A stretch of 44,583 bases of DNA from Candidatus Yanofskybacteria bacterium RIFCSPHIGHO2_01_FULL_41_21 (GTDB lineage Bacteria > Patescibacteriota > Minisyncoccia > 2-02-FULL-40-12 > GWA2-44-9), in assembly GCA_001794025.1 (NCBI GenBank), contig MGJA01000010.1:26288-70870 (forward strand). Direction: 5' to 3'. Positions 27,296-36,730 of this stretch are shown here, one piece after another. Position 1 is the stretch's first letter, and each line of letters opens with the position of its first letter. A program made the translations under genes and the position numbers. The notes beneath the pieces are model-generated. The model was not told the DNA's origin and did no database searches. It saw only the letters and a list, made by a program, of their open reading frames with translations.

Positions 27296-28956
27296 GCGTT
27301 AAATTGTTGAACATAATCTCTAGTTTCCACAAAACCAGTATTGCATGTCGTGTGACTAAGATTATTAAATACGCACTCATACCGCAGAGTGGGGCGTCCA
27401 CTACAATCTGTTTCGTATTTATTGACAGCCGTGCTTGAACTGCTACAACTCTCGCTTAAAGCGAGGGCATTATCAGGATTTATACTCACATTACACCCAT
27501 CACCTCCATTATACCCCGCCGCAATATCTCTTACTTGACCACCATAACAACGTCCGCCTTTAATTGATTTTGCGTATTCCGCCGCCATACAAATGTCCGC
27601 TTGGGCTACCATCTCAATAGTTTCGCCCGCTTGAAGCGCTTTTCCTTGAAGCCAGTCGCAGGTAACAGCATGATTAATACCGCACTGCTGGCGAAACATG
27701 TTTGCAGTCCCCGCTTGCATTTGCGTTAGTCCGCATGAAGGGGGCGTGCTACCGCTCTGCCGAGCGATTTTCCCTTGGGACTCAGTCCTTATAATTGCCT
27801 CAAGAAACTTTGCCGTATCTACACCAATGATTTGATGTTGACTCGCCACCGAAGAAATTAAGTATGTCCAGTCGGTTTTCCCGGGTGGAAGGGCTGGGTC
27901 ACTTATAAACGGTTTACAGGTGGAAGCGCTGCACACTGCGGCCATGTTGCCACATTGTGTCCCTGCCACTGTCGTATTTACTTTAATCGTCAATCCTTTT
28001 GTCGCTGATTGTTTGGCTGAAGAAGAGTCCTCAACTTTAACAGTAAAGGTTGCGGTACCGGTTGTGGTTGGTGTTCCGGAAATATTGGAACCGGAGATAG
28101 CGAGACCAACTGGTAATGTTCCGGAAGATAGGGTCCAAATATATGGAGCCGTGCCACCGGTAGCGGATAAAGATTGGGTATAAGCCGTATTCTGAACGGC
28201 ATCGGGTAGTGAAGCGGTAGCAATAGCAAGGACACCCCCTGTTGGCGCTTGGCAATTACCACTACAGACATTGGAGGTATATTGACCATTAGGGTCTAAA
28301 ACACACCTATTACTGCTATTGCATGAGTATTTGGGTACGACCGTACTTGGAGGTGGTGGTGTTGTCCCATCTACTACATCTTTCAATGTCCCCGTAGTGC
28401 ATTGAATTTGGTACCAAGGTGTACCTGGACACTCAGTATTAGTTGTGCAAGTTTTTGACGCATCTGTGTCACATACACCACTTTGCAGACAAACTCCAGC
28501 CGCTTGATTGGGGGCTAAACTCTTTAAAATAAAATTGGTAATGAGCCAGGCCCCGAGAATAATGGCAATACCGATAGCCGTATCCTTCATTATTTGTCGG
28601 CCCTTGGTCACCCCGCTGGAGTTGCCCTCGCGAGCATTGAAAAGAATAATAAAACCAGCAATAAGAAACATCAGCGTACCAACGGCTGGGACAATACCAA
28701 AAAATGTAAGGTCAATAACATTTTTCCCAAGTTCAATCAAAAGACACCGATTACAGGGTTGGGTATAATCGTGTGGAACTTGCGTACCATCAGGCAAAGT
28801 GTCCATCCGAGTCGCATTAGCTGGTTTATTGTTGAGACCGCACGGAACTATCGGAAACCAATCCACTGCTGAAGCAGTACGTGGCAATGTAAACAATAAC
28901 GAAACCAACAGAACGATAATTGTGAGATATTTTTTGGCCACTTGATTTCCTACCAA
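27283..28956 (-). CDS. Pilin-like TM pair + Cys-rich + Ig-like (He_PIG-type) + lysozyme/SLT-like domain fusion
   Basis: IVPCG; AGFIILF..GRQIMKDTAIGIAIILGAWLI; LPDA..NTAYTQSLSATGGTAPY.W..SGTLP.GL; AIIRTESQG, GLTQM, AAGYNGG. Confidence 0.75.
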   Translation of the reverse strand: MVGNQVAKKYLTIIVLLVSLLFTLPRTASAVDWFPIVPCGLNNKPANATRMDTLPDGTQVPHDYTQPCNRCLLIELGKNVIDLTFFGIVPAVGTLMFLIAGFIILFNAREGNSSGVTKGRQIMKDTAIGIAIILGAWLITNFILKSLAPNQAAGVCLQSGVCDTDASKTCTTNTECPGTPWYQIQCTTGTLKDVVDGTTPPPPSTVVPKYSCNSSNRCVLDPNGQYTSNVCSGNCQAPTGGVLAIATASLPDAVQNTAYTQSLSATGGTAPYIWTLSSGTLPVGLAISGSNISGTPTTTGTATFTVKVEDSSSAKQSATKGLTIKVNTTVAGTQCGNMAAVCSASTCKPFISDPALPPGKTDWTYLISSVASQHQIIGVDTAKFLEAIIRTESQGKIARQSGSTPPSCGLTQMQAGTANMFRQQCGINHAVTCDWLQGKALQAGETIEMVAQADICMAAEYAKSIKGGRCYGGQVRDIAAGYNGGDGCNVSINPDNALALSESCSSSSTAVNKYETDCSGRPTLRYECVFNNLSHTTCNTGFVETRDYVQQFNACYQ

Positions 28957-29031
28957 TTACTAATCCTTACAAATGTACGAATAACATCGGCTTCGGTTAT
29001 TTGTATATTCGTATCAATTCGTAATTAGTAG
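28950..29031. repeat. AT-rich palindromic element, family C copy 1
   Basis: CTACCAATTACTAATC...GTAATTAGTAG; the reverse complement of 33762-33843 has the same ends. Confidence 0.7.
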
Positions 29032-29033
29032 AA

Positions 29034-30338
29034 CTACTTCTGCATCAACACTGTCACCCGAGATTCGGCCCGACTCACTGCATCCCGAATTGGTAATCGA
29101 TTAAAGTTAACATCGTCAATCATATCGGCAAAAATTGTCTCAATGACTATATTGTCGGCTTGATACCAAGAACGAGCTGAAAGGGCTTGAACGGCAAAAA
29201 CACCAAGATCAGGGTCATTACGCTGAAGATCAATTAAATCACGGCGGGCTGATGGTCGTTTTGTAGCATTAAGATAAGTCGTCACTCCTTCCCTGGAAGC
29301 AAGGTAATTTACAAACTTCCAGGCCTCAACCGGATGAGCCGATTTGGATGTCACAGCAACTGCCCAATAATTGGCAAAATTACGAATATCATTCAATGAT
29401 GCTTGGGGCATCGGCGCCACGGCAAAATTTAAACGTGGCGCTTTAGAACGGATCACTTGTGAGTTATGAACATAGCCGACCATCATCGCCAGTGTTCCTT
29501 CCGTAAAGGCATCAATTGAGTAATGTTGGCTATCATTCCAAGAATAATTTGGGTTACGAGGATTGGCAAAGTCCGTATAATATTGCACGGCAATCTCACC
29601 AACATGCTGACCATCTATACCCGAACCAAATGTTGCTGAATGTTGATCAGCTGAAGTCATTTGGACCCCGGATTGAATCATCATGCCCATCAAAATATCA
29701 GTTGAACGATTAATATTGCGGGCTGTGCCCAATGAAAATCCGGATTGAATAATGTTACCGCTCTGATCAGTCCTGGTTAATAATCTAACATCAGCATTAA
29801 CTTCTTCCCATGTTTGAGGTGGCCGAGTGATACCGGCACTATTGAATAGGTCTTTATTGTAATAGAGTCCAAGCGTATCAACATATAGAGGCATACCGTA
29901 AATTTGAGTATTATTATAGACAAGATCTTGATAGGCCACATCAACAAATTGGTCTTTAAAACTCTGAATCGTAAATGGATTCTTTTTATCAGGCACGTCA
30001 GGCGGTAATGGTAGAAATTTATCACCATGTTTTGGTAACCAAGTATTATGAATCATCAAAACATCAGGCCCAGTACCGGCCGCAAGGGCGTTCACAAATC
30101 CTTGTTCGTATTGTTCAAAGGTGAACATCCGATACTCAATATCAATATTACTATTCTGGGCTTTAAAATCAGTAATGACTTTATCAAAAGCGTTGCGATC
30201 ATCAAAGACGCCCCAAAATTCAAGTTTTACCGGAGTTGAACCCCCTCCCCCAATATTCCTCAAAATCAAAACAATAGTAATAAAAACCGCAATCACAATA
30301 ATCCCGACGAGAATGTAAAAAAGTTTATTGCTGTTCAC
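29034..30338 (-). CDS. Sugar-type ABC extracellular solute-binding protein
   Basis: LEFWGVFD, ALAAGTGPDV, YGMPLYVDTLGLYYNKDLF, PPQTWEE, EAWKFVNYL. Confidence 0.88.
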   Translation of the reverse strand: MNSNKLFYILVGIIVIAVFITIVLILRNIGGGGSTPVKLEFWGVFDDRNAFDKVITDFKAQNSNIDIEYRMFTFEQYEQGFVNALAAGTGPDVLMIHNTWLPKHGDKFLPLPPDVPDKKNPFTIQSFKDQFVDVAYQDLVYNNTQIYGMPLYVDTLGLYYNKDLFNSAGITRPPQTWEEVNADVRLLTRTDQSGNIIQSGFSLGTARNINRSTDILMGMMIQSGVQMTSADQHSATFGSGIDGQHVGEIAVQYYTDFANPRNPNYSWNDSQHYSIDAFTEGTLAMMVGYVHNSQVIRSKAPRLNFAVAPMPQASLNDIRNFANYWAVAVTSKSAHPVEAWKFVNYLASREGVTTYLNATKRPSARRDLIDLQRNDPDLGVFAVQALSARSWYQADNIVIETIFADMIDDVNFNRLPIRDAVSRAESRVTVLMQK

Positions 30339-30438
30339 AGAAATTTACAATTTACTAATTTACAATTTTCAGTAAATGTATCAATTGATCAATGAATCAT
30401 TGAAAATTTATTGTAAATTGAAAACTGAAAATTGATTA

Positions 30439-30990
30439 TTATTTCCGAAAGATCATTCCGTAATGAAATTGACCGGCATTAAATTGTCGGACAAATGTGA
30501 ATCCTTCAGCGACGAATAATGCTTGCATATCGTTGGTATCAGTTCGAAGCTCATTGGGCGGACCTAGGCCACCGCCACTCTTTTTCCATTCAACCAAAAT
30601 TATCGTTCCTTGGGACTTTAAAACTCTTTTTGCTTCTTTTAATATGTCTTGTTTTTTATTTGACTGAAAGAGAATGTTTATGAGTATGACCATGTCTTGG
30701 GATTCATCATTTGCCCCAGTATTTCCAACAATCTCCAAGTTGGCCCGTTTCGTTTCAATATTTTCTAAACCCACTGCTTTAGCTTGGGCTTTAAAACTAT
30801 CCAATTTGTCTTCCATAATATCTAAAGCCAGAACATGACCATCTTTCCCAACTCGCTGAGCAACCAAAATTCCAATGTGGCCCGCGCCACACCCAAAATC
30901 AGCAATATTCATACCTGGGGAAATACCAAACTCCCCGACAATGATGTCGGGGTTAAGAAAACCCTCTGATGAAAACGGGGCCGATTCCAT
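30439..30990 (-). CDS. Class I SAM-dependent methyltransferase
   Basis: IADFGCGAGH, VLALDI, EAKRVLKSQG.IILVEW. Confidence 0.88.
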   Translation of the reverse strand: MESAPFSSEGFLNPDIIVGEFGISPGMNIADFGCGAGHIGILVAQRVGKDGHVLALDIMEDKLDSFKAQAKAVGLENIETKRANLEIVGNTGANDESQDMVILINILFQSNKKQDILKEAKRVLKSQGTIILVEWKKSGGGLGPPNELRTDTNDMQALFVAEGFTFVRQFNAGQFHYGMIFRK

Positions 30991-31026
30991 CCTTTAATTT
31001 TATCACTAAAATCACCTAAAGTTATC

Positions 31027-31141
31027 CACGAATTAGAAACTTGCCCTTTAGCCCCAGACCCACGGAACCAGTCCCGTCGGTTCCCCCGCTTCGCGGGTCC
31101 CCTTCCGCTACTGGGTCTTAAGGGCAAGTTTCTAATTCGTG
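31027..31141 (-). repeat. Structured element, family D copy 1 (22-bp perfect outer stem)
   Basis: CACGAATTAGAAACTTGCCCTT/AAGGGCAAGTTTCTAATTCGTG around a GC-rich core shared with 34210-34314. Confidence 0.8.
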
Positions 31142-31170
31142 TTTATTTTGAAAAATAAATGATCGATTTT

Positions 31171-31326
31171 GTAACTCGCTGGCCCAGCCAAATTCAAGGC
31201 GCGAGCGAGCACCGAAGTGAGCCGTATTTGGAGATACGGCGAACGAGGAGCACAGCGGCAACGCAGAAGTTGGCTGGGAGCCCGCTTCGGCGGCTGAAAG
31301 CCGCAGCGGTGCGGCCAGCGAGTTAC
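31171..31326 (+). repeat. Structured element, family E copy 1; contains the gyrA stop codon
   Basis: GTAACTCGCTGGCC/GGCCAGCGAGTTAC outer stem; homologous to the reverse complement of 34948-35095. Confidence 0.75.
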
Positions 31327-33749
31327 GCGACTACAACGGAAGCGAGTTTATCACCAGAGTCAAGACGCATAACTCTTACTCCTTGTGTCGCCCGCCCAAG
31401 GATAGAAATACTCTCAATAGAAGTACGAATTACTTGACCCTTAAGAGAGACGGCGATAATTTCTTTTTGTTCTTCTGAAGTAATATGAGCTGAAACCAAT
31501 TTCCCTGTTTTGGGCGTCAATTTTGCGGTCATAATTCCGTGACCGCCTCGTTTTTGAATTTTATAGGCCCTAAGATCCGAGCGCTTACCATAACCATTTT
31601 CCATGAGCACTAATAAATTAAGACCCTTCTCCGCCCCGGACGGAATAACATCTGCGCCGACAACACGCTGATCCTTGTCCAGACGTACACCAATCACACC
31701 GGAAGCTCCTCTTCCCATTGGTCGGACATCCTTTTCTTTAAATCTAATTGCGTTACCGCCTGATGTTACTAATGAAATTTGATCGTCACCTGATGTTGGT
31801 AAAACCCAGCCCAAACGGTCATCACCATTAAGTTTAATGGCGATCATACCGTTGCGTCGCACCTGTGAAAAAGCGTCCATTTCTACTTTTTTAATCACAC
31901 CATGATCGGTTGCCATGAAAAGGTACATCTGTTTTTGGTCTTTTGGAATCGGCACAATTGCTGTAATAACATCACTGGGTGAGACCTGTAAGAAATTAAC
32001 AATCGCTTTTCCTTTTGATTGTCGGGACGATTCCGGAACTTCATAGCCTTTGGTTTGGAATACCTTACCCGAATTGGTAAAGAATAATATATTATCGTGG
32101 GTGTTGGCGAGGAAAAAATGGGAAATCACATCTTCTTCTTTGGTGGCCATGCCCATCAATCCCTTGCCTCCTCGTTTTTGGGATTTCAATATATCGGGAG
32201 CCATCCGTTTCACATAACCGTCCCGAGTAATCATAAAGAGTGAATTCTCTTCCGGAATCAATTCTTCTTCGCCAATTTCACGAAGAGCGGACTTCACGAC
32301 TTTTGTCCGTCGTTCGTCGCCATATTTTTCCTGAATTTCTTTGAATTCTGTTTTTACCAAGCCCAAAATTTTCTTCGGGCTCTTGAGTAAGTCCTCAAGA
32401 TACGCAATGAGTTTTAATTTTTCAGCCAGTTCTTCTTCAACTTTTTTCCGTTCTAGTCCGGCTAAGGCCTGCAGACGCATATCCAAAATCGCTGCCGTCT
32501 GTTTATCCGAAAGCTTAAACTTTTTCATTAAATTAACCGCGGCATCTTCTTTGGAAGCTGAAGCCCGAATAATTTTGATAACTTCGTCAATATGGTCAAG
32601 AGCTATTTTTAGACCCTCCAAAATATGGGCTCGGTCTTTGGCCTTCTGAAGTTCAAACTTACTGCGCCTAATAATTACTTCTTTGCGATGATCAATGAAT
32701 TTCTCAAGCAAGCCCTTCAAGCCAAGAATCTGGGGTTGAATCCCGTCAACCAAAGCGAGCATATTGAAGTGAAATGCCTTTTGAAGCTCGGTGTATTTAA
32801 ATAACTGATTCAAGACCTTACGCGGAAATGCATCTTGTTTCAAATCAATGGCAATACGCATGCCGTCCTTATCTGATTCATCACGCAAATCTCTAATACC
32901 ATCAATCTTTTTTTCTTTTACCAAGTCGGCAATCTTGATAATCAATTCTGATTTATTTACCTGATATGGAATTTCGGAAATAATAATTTGAAAACCTTTC
33001 TTGGCACTTTCCACGATTTCCGCCTTGCCCCGAGTAATAACCGGTCCCCGACCGGTAGCATAGGCATTAATAATATCTTGTTCATTGTAGATAGTAGCGC
33101 CGGTCGGAAAATCGGGACCCTTCACAAATTGCATCAAGTCCTTAAGATCGGCGTCGGGAACATCAATTAAATGCATCATGGCCGCCAAGACCTCGGTCAA
33201 ATTATGGGGTGGGATATTGGTGGCCATACCAACAGCGATACCCATTGAGCCATTAATTAAAAGATTTGGAACGCGCGTCGGCAAAACAACCGGCTCTTGG
33301 TGGGAGCCGTCATAGTTATCACGAAAATTAACTGTATCTTTATCAATGTCGGCCAAAAGTTGATCGGAGATGCCGGCAAGACGGGCTTCGGTATATCGCA
33401 TCGCCGCTGGCCGATCACCATCAACCGATCCAAAATTCCCCTGACCATCTACTAACGGATAACGCAAAGAGAAATCCTGAGCCATTCTAGCCAATGAGTC
33501 ATAGATGGCAGTATCTCCGTGTGGGTGATAGTTGCCCATGGCATGACCGACGACTTTGGCCGACTTTTGCGGTTTTGAAGAATGACGCAAACCCATTTCT
33601 TGCATGGAATACAAAATACGCCGATGAACAGGTTTTAAACCATCACGCACATCCGGCAAAGCACGATCAATAATCGTGCTCATAGCGTATTCCAAATACG
33701 ATTGCTGGACTTCTTCTACTATTTCTCTTGACTTAACGTTGTCGGACAT
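31323..33749 (-). CDS. gyrA: DNA gyrase subunit A
   Basis: RALPDVRDGLKPVHRRILY, YHPHGD, AAMRYTE, GyrA box QKRGGKG, C-terminal pinwheel repeats. Confidence 0.97.
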   Translation of the reverse strand: MSDNVKSREIVEEVQQSYLEYAMSTIIDRALPDVRDGLKPVHRRILYSMQEMGLRHSSKPQKSAKVVGHAMGNYHPHGDTAIYDSLARMAQDFSLRYPLVDGQGNFGSVDGDRPAAMRYTEARLAGISDQLLADIDKDTVNFRDNYDGSHQEPVVLPTRVPNLLINGSMGIAVGMATNIPPHNLTEVLAAMMHLIDVPDADLKDLMQFVKGPDFPTGATIYNEQDIINAYATGRGPVITRGKAEIVESAKKGFQIIISEIPYQVNKSELIIKIADLVKEKKIDGIRDLRDESDKDGMRIAIDLKQDAFPRKVLNQLFKYTELQKAFHFNMLALVDGIQPQILGLKGLLEKFIDHRKEVIIRRSKFELQKAKDRAHILEGLKIALDHIDEVIKIIRASASKEDAAVNLMKKFKLSDKQTAAILDMRLQALAGLERKKVEEELAEKLKLIAYLEDLLKSPKKILGLVKTEFKEIQEKYGDERRTKVVKSALREIGEEELIPEENSLFMITRDGYVKRMAPDILKSQKRGGKGLMGMATKEEDVISHFFLANTHDNILFFTNSGKVFQTKGYEVPESSRQSKGKAIVNFLQVSPSDVITAIVPIPKDQKQMYLFMATDHGVIKKVEMDAFSQVRRNGMIAIKLNGDDRLGWVLPTSGDDQISLVTSGGNAIRFKEKDVRPMGRGASGVIGVRLDKDQRVVGADVIPSGAEKGLNLLVLMENGYGKRSDLRAYKIQKRGGHGIMTAKLTPKTGKLVSAHITSEEQKEIIAVSLKGQVIRTSIESISILGRATQGVRVMRLDSGDKLASVVVA

Positions 33750-33761
33750 AAATTAAATTTC

Positions 33762-33843
33762 CTACTAATTACAGATTACTACAAATATACGAATAACTGA
33801 TTGGGATTGCATTTGTATATTCGTTTAGATTAGTAATTGGTAG
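33762..33843. repeat. AT-rich palindromic element, family C copy 2
   Basis: CTACTAATTAC...GATTAGTAATTGGTAG. Confidence 0.7.
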
Positions 33844-33846
33844 TAA

Positions 33847-34194
33847 CTATCGGTTTCCTGATACTGGTAACGGATGAATCTGATCATCTCCCGTTGTGGA
33901 TTGATTATTCACAACGTCTGTCTGTTTATTGTCTCCAAACAGATTATAAATCTGGGCCTTACCATCACTGAAAACTTGAACAATAGAGCCGAATAGCGAC
34001 TTTGATTCTTCGGCAAATTTCTTATCTTGGGCTTGAGATTGTTCTTCAGGATTCAATAACGCATAAATGTTGCGCTGAAAAGAATTGAACCACACGAAAA
34101 CAACAACCGCAACTACAACGATCGTACAAAGCACTGTTGCCAGTTCACGAACATGGTGAGGTTGTTGTCTGATTTCGTGGATGATGTGTTTCAT
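33847..34194 (-). CDS. Hypothetical single-TM protein
   Basis: IRQQPHHVRE followed by a hydrophobic helix; co-oriented with neighbours. Confidence 0.7.
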   Translation of the reverse strand: MKHIIHEIRQQPHHVRELATVLCTIVVVAVVVFVWFNSFQRNIYALLNPEEQSQAQDKKFAEESKSLFGSIVQVFSDGKAQIYNLFGDNKQTDVVNNQSTTGDDQIHPLPVSGNR

Positions 34195-34209
34195 AATATG
34201 TTTGACGAC

Positions 34210-34314
34210 TGATTTACAGCTAACCCTTTAGACCCAGTAGCGGAGGGGGTCCCTCTGGGGGAACCGACGGGACTGGTTCCCCGGGTCTGGGGCGAAAGGG
34301 TTGGTTGTAAATCA
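34210..34314 (+). repeat. Structured element, family D copy 2
   Basis: GACCCAGTAGCGGAGGGGG...GGGGGAACCGACGGGACTGGTTCC..GGGTCTGGGGC core inside a different outer stem. Confidence 0.8.
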
Positions 34315-34944
34315 CAGAGTGAACATTACCAATTTTGTTTCTTCGGCCGGCAGTAATTTTTTAACAATCTTATATTTCTCTACTTTTTCCGGAGTAAGAC
34401 CCAGTTCTTTTACGAATTTTTCCGGAGCTTCTAGTTTATCGTTCAATGAACCATCTTTATAATGCATTGGAATTACAATCTTGGGTTCAATTTGATTAAT
34501 AACCTCAACTGCGGTTTTGGCATCAATTGTGTACGTCCCACCAACCGGAATCATTAAAATGTCTACGTCGCCAATGTCTTCTACCTGATGGTCCGTTAAC
34601 ACGTGACCAAGATCACCCAAATGACAAATATTTAAATCTTCGGCCTTCAATACATAGATAGTGTTCAATCCCCGCTCCGCCCCCTCTTTATTATCATGAA
34701 AGGACTGGATACCACGAATAGCAATGCCATGATTCTCATACTCACCCGGATTCTGAATGATAAATGCCTCCGGATTAGCATCTTCTATATTACTGTGGTC
34801 GTGGTGTTGATGGCTCACCAAAATGATATCATCTTTAATTCTGGGTGGTTTGAGTCCGATTTCTTTGGAAAACGGATCAATCAAAATACTACCCTCTTTG
34901 GCTTCCAATCTGAAACAGGATTGTCCATACCAGGTAATAGTCAT
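34312..34944 (-). CDS. MBL-fold metallo-hydrolase
   Basis: ITWYGQSCF, LIDPF, SHQHHDH, HLGDLGH, VIPMHY; start ATG 34944. Confidence 0.9.
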   Translation of the reverse strand: MTITWYGQSCFRLEAKEGSILIDPFSKEIGLKPPRIKDDIILVSHQHHDHSNIEDANPEAFIIQNPGEYENHGIAIRGIQSFHDNKEGAERGLNTIYVLKAEDLNICHLGDLGHVLTDHQVEDIGDVDILMIPVGGTYTIDAKTAVEVINQIEPKIVIPMHYKDGSLNDKLEAPEKFVKELGLTPEKVEKYKIVKKLLPAEETKLVMFTL

Positions 34945-34947
34945 ATA

Positions 34948-35095
34948 TAACTTGCTGACCGCACGCTCGCCTTTCGGCTTTGAGCGGCTCTCGGCCAATT
35001 CCTTCGTTAAAATCTCCGCTTGATTCTCGGCGTATGTCTATACGCCTCGTCTCAATGCTCGATTTTGCCTCGGACTTGACCAAGTCAGCGGCGTT
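34948..35095 (-). repeat. Structured element, family E copy 2
   Basis: GCTGACTTGGTCAA...GGCGTATAGACATACGCC...GCCGAAAGGC...GCGGTCAGCAAGTTA. Confidence 0.7.
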
Positions 35096-35193
35096 CTAGG
35101 TACTTTAATTGTAGCAAATTTGAAAGACAAAATCAATGGTAAAAAAGAAGAACGCCGCGATATTCTGCGACGTTCAATGCAATCTGACTCAGC

Positions 35194-35445
35194 TTACTTG
35201 GTCAGGAGCTTGCCCAAAAGCTCGTTGTTCTTTTTCAGTAGCTTATGGGCCTTCTTTCGAAACTCTGGTGCTTGCATTTGCTGCTCAATCTCTTTCCCAA
35301 CGGCAATGCGAATGATCTCGCCGACTGGCTTGCTGTTGACTTCGGCAATTAGCCGAAGTCTTTCCAAGTCATCTACCGGAATTCTTACTGACACTATTCT
35401 GTCCATGAGCTTATACTCCTTGAGAACACCCTCGGCAAACTCCAA
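35194..35445 (-). CDS. Small ribbon-helix-helix (CopG-like) protein
   Basis: IVSVRIPVDDLERLRLIAEVNSKPVGEIIRIAV pattern; TTGACT-N17-TATTGT upstream. Confidence 0.6.
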   Translation of the reverse strand: MEFAEGVLKEYKLMDRIVSVRIPVDDLERLRLIAEVNSKPVGEIIRIAVGKEIEQQMQAPEFRKKAHKLLKKNNELLGKLLTK

Positions 35446-35509
35446 GAATGTTGCCCATACAATACATTGTTACTAATAATAAGTCAACCCAGCGTAATGG
35501 TTCAATCGC

Positions 35510-35538
35510 TTGCAAAACTTATTACTTTAGTGTATATT
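35510..35538 (+). promoter_or_regulatory. Putative sigma70 promoter of the S1 gene
   Basis: TTGCAA-N17-TATATT. Confidence 0.5.
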
Positions 35539-35640
35539 ATTATCACTCTTATTAGGAGAGCTCAAAAATCAATTAACATCGGATTTCTCGTTCAGGACTT
35601 TGATTAAAAGGCCCCGTGGAGATTCCGAATCTTCTTTAGT

Positions 35641-36726
35641 ATGACCGAATCCACGACAGAAATTAAATCAATGAAGGATCTTCTTTTAAAAGAAGAATTT
35701 TTCCTTCCTAAACCCGGCAGTATTTTAGGTGGAACAATTATTAACACTTCCAAGACCAGTGTCATTGTTGACCTTGGTCCCATTGGAATCGGCATCGTTT
35801 ACCCCGGCGAATTTTACGACAATCCGGATCGGATGAAGACACTCAAAGCCGGCGATACAATATCTACCATGCTTATTGAATTGGAAAATGACGAGGGTTA
35901 TCGTGAACTTTCCCTCAAAGCTGCCCAGGTCACAACTGCCTGGCAAGATGTTAAAAAAAAGAGAGAATCAGGTGAAGTTATAGACACCATAATCGTGAAC
36001 ATCAACAAAGGCGGTTTGATTGTTGAGGTTTCCGGTATCCAAGGTTTTCTCCCCTTGTCCCAGCTCGCCGGCGAACATTATCCTAAAGTAGATGGTGGTG
36101 ACACGACTAAAATTGTCCAAGCCCTTCAAAAATTCAAAGGTCAAGTATTTAAGGTCAAAATTCTTGATTTTAATGAAGCCGAAAACAAACTCATCGTCTC
36201 CGAACGGGCTATTCAAGAAGAAGCCGCCAAAGAAGAACTGGGAAAATTGGCTATTGGCGAAACAGTAAATGGTACCGTCACAGAAGTAACGGATTTTGGA
36301 GCATTTGTAAAATTAAGTGACACTTTGGACGGCTTAATACATTCTTCTGAAATTGATTGGAAATTTATTGAAAATCCGCGCGAGATCCTACATATTGGCG
36401 ACACTGTCACCGCCAAGATTATAAGTTTGGATGGCGGTCGGGTTTCTCTTTCCCTCAAAGCCCTCAAAGAAGACCCTTGGATCGGAATTGATAATTTGTA
36501 TCAAGTCGGTCAAAAGATTAGAGGCAAAATATCCAAAGTTCGCAACTCTGGAGCATTTGTGGAATTAGCCGGCGATATCATTGGTTTCGTCCCCCTGGCT
36601 GAACTTGGTGGTCAAACCCCACAAGAAGCCCTGGTTGCCGGACAAGAATATGACATGGCCATTCTTAGTATTGATGCCAAGGATCACAAACTCACTCTTA
36701 CTCTCGACAATAAGGCAAAAGAGTAG
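35641..36726 (+). CDS. rpsA: 30S ribosomal protein S1-like protein (4 S1 domains)
   Basis: NKGGLIV..GIQGFLPLSQL, VTDFGAFV.L..GLIHSSEIDW, RVSLSLKAL..DPW. Confidence 0.85.
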   Translation: MTESTTEIKSMKDLLLKEEFFLPKPGSILGGTIINTSKTSVIVDLGPIGIGIVYPGEFYDNPDRMKTLKAGDTISTMLIELENDEGYRELSLKAAQVTTAWQDVKKKRESGEVIDTIIVNINKGGLIVEVSGIQGFLPLSQLAGEHYPKVDGGDTTKIVQALQKFKGQVFKVKILDFNEAENKLIVSERAIQEEAAKEELGKLAIGETVNGTVTEVTDFGAFVKLSDTLDGLIHSSEIDWKFIENPREILHIGDTVTAKIISLDGGRVSLSLKALKEDPWIGIDNLYQVGQKIRGKISKVRNSGAFVELAGDIIGFVPLAELGGQTPQEALVAGQEYDMAILSIDAKDHKLTLTLDNKAKE

Positions 36727-36730
36727 TATA

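Noticed and set aside
23666-28956. Conjugative element or prophage
   Set aside because: No relaxase, VirB4/VirD4, integrase or phage structural genes; the pilin array sits among chromosomal housekeeping genes.
30909-31437. ORFs 30909-31127 and 31159-31437, and the N-terminal extension of 34312-34998
   Set aside because: They are translations through structured repeat elements and overlap real genes.
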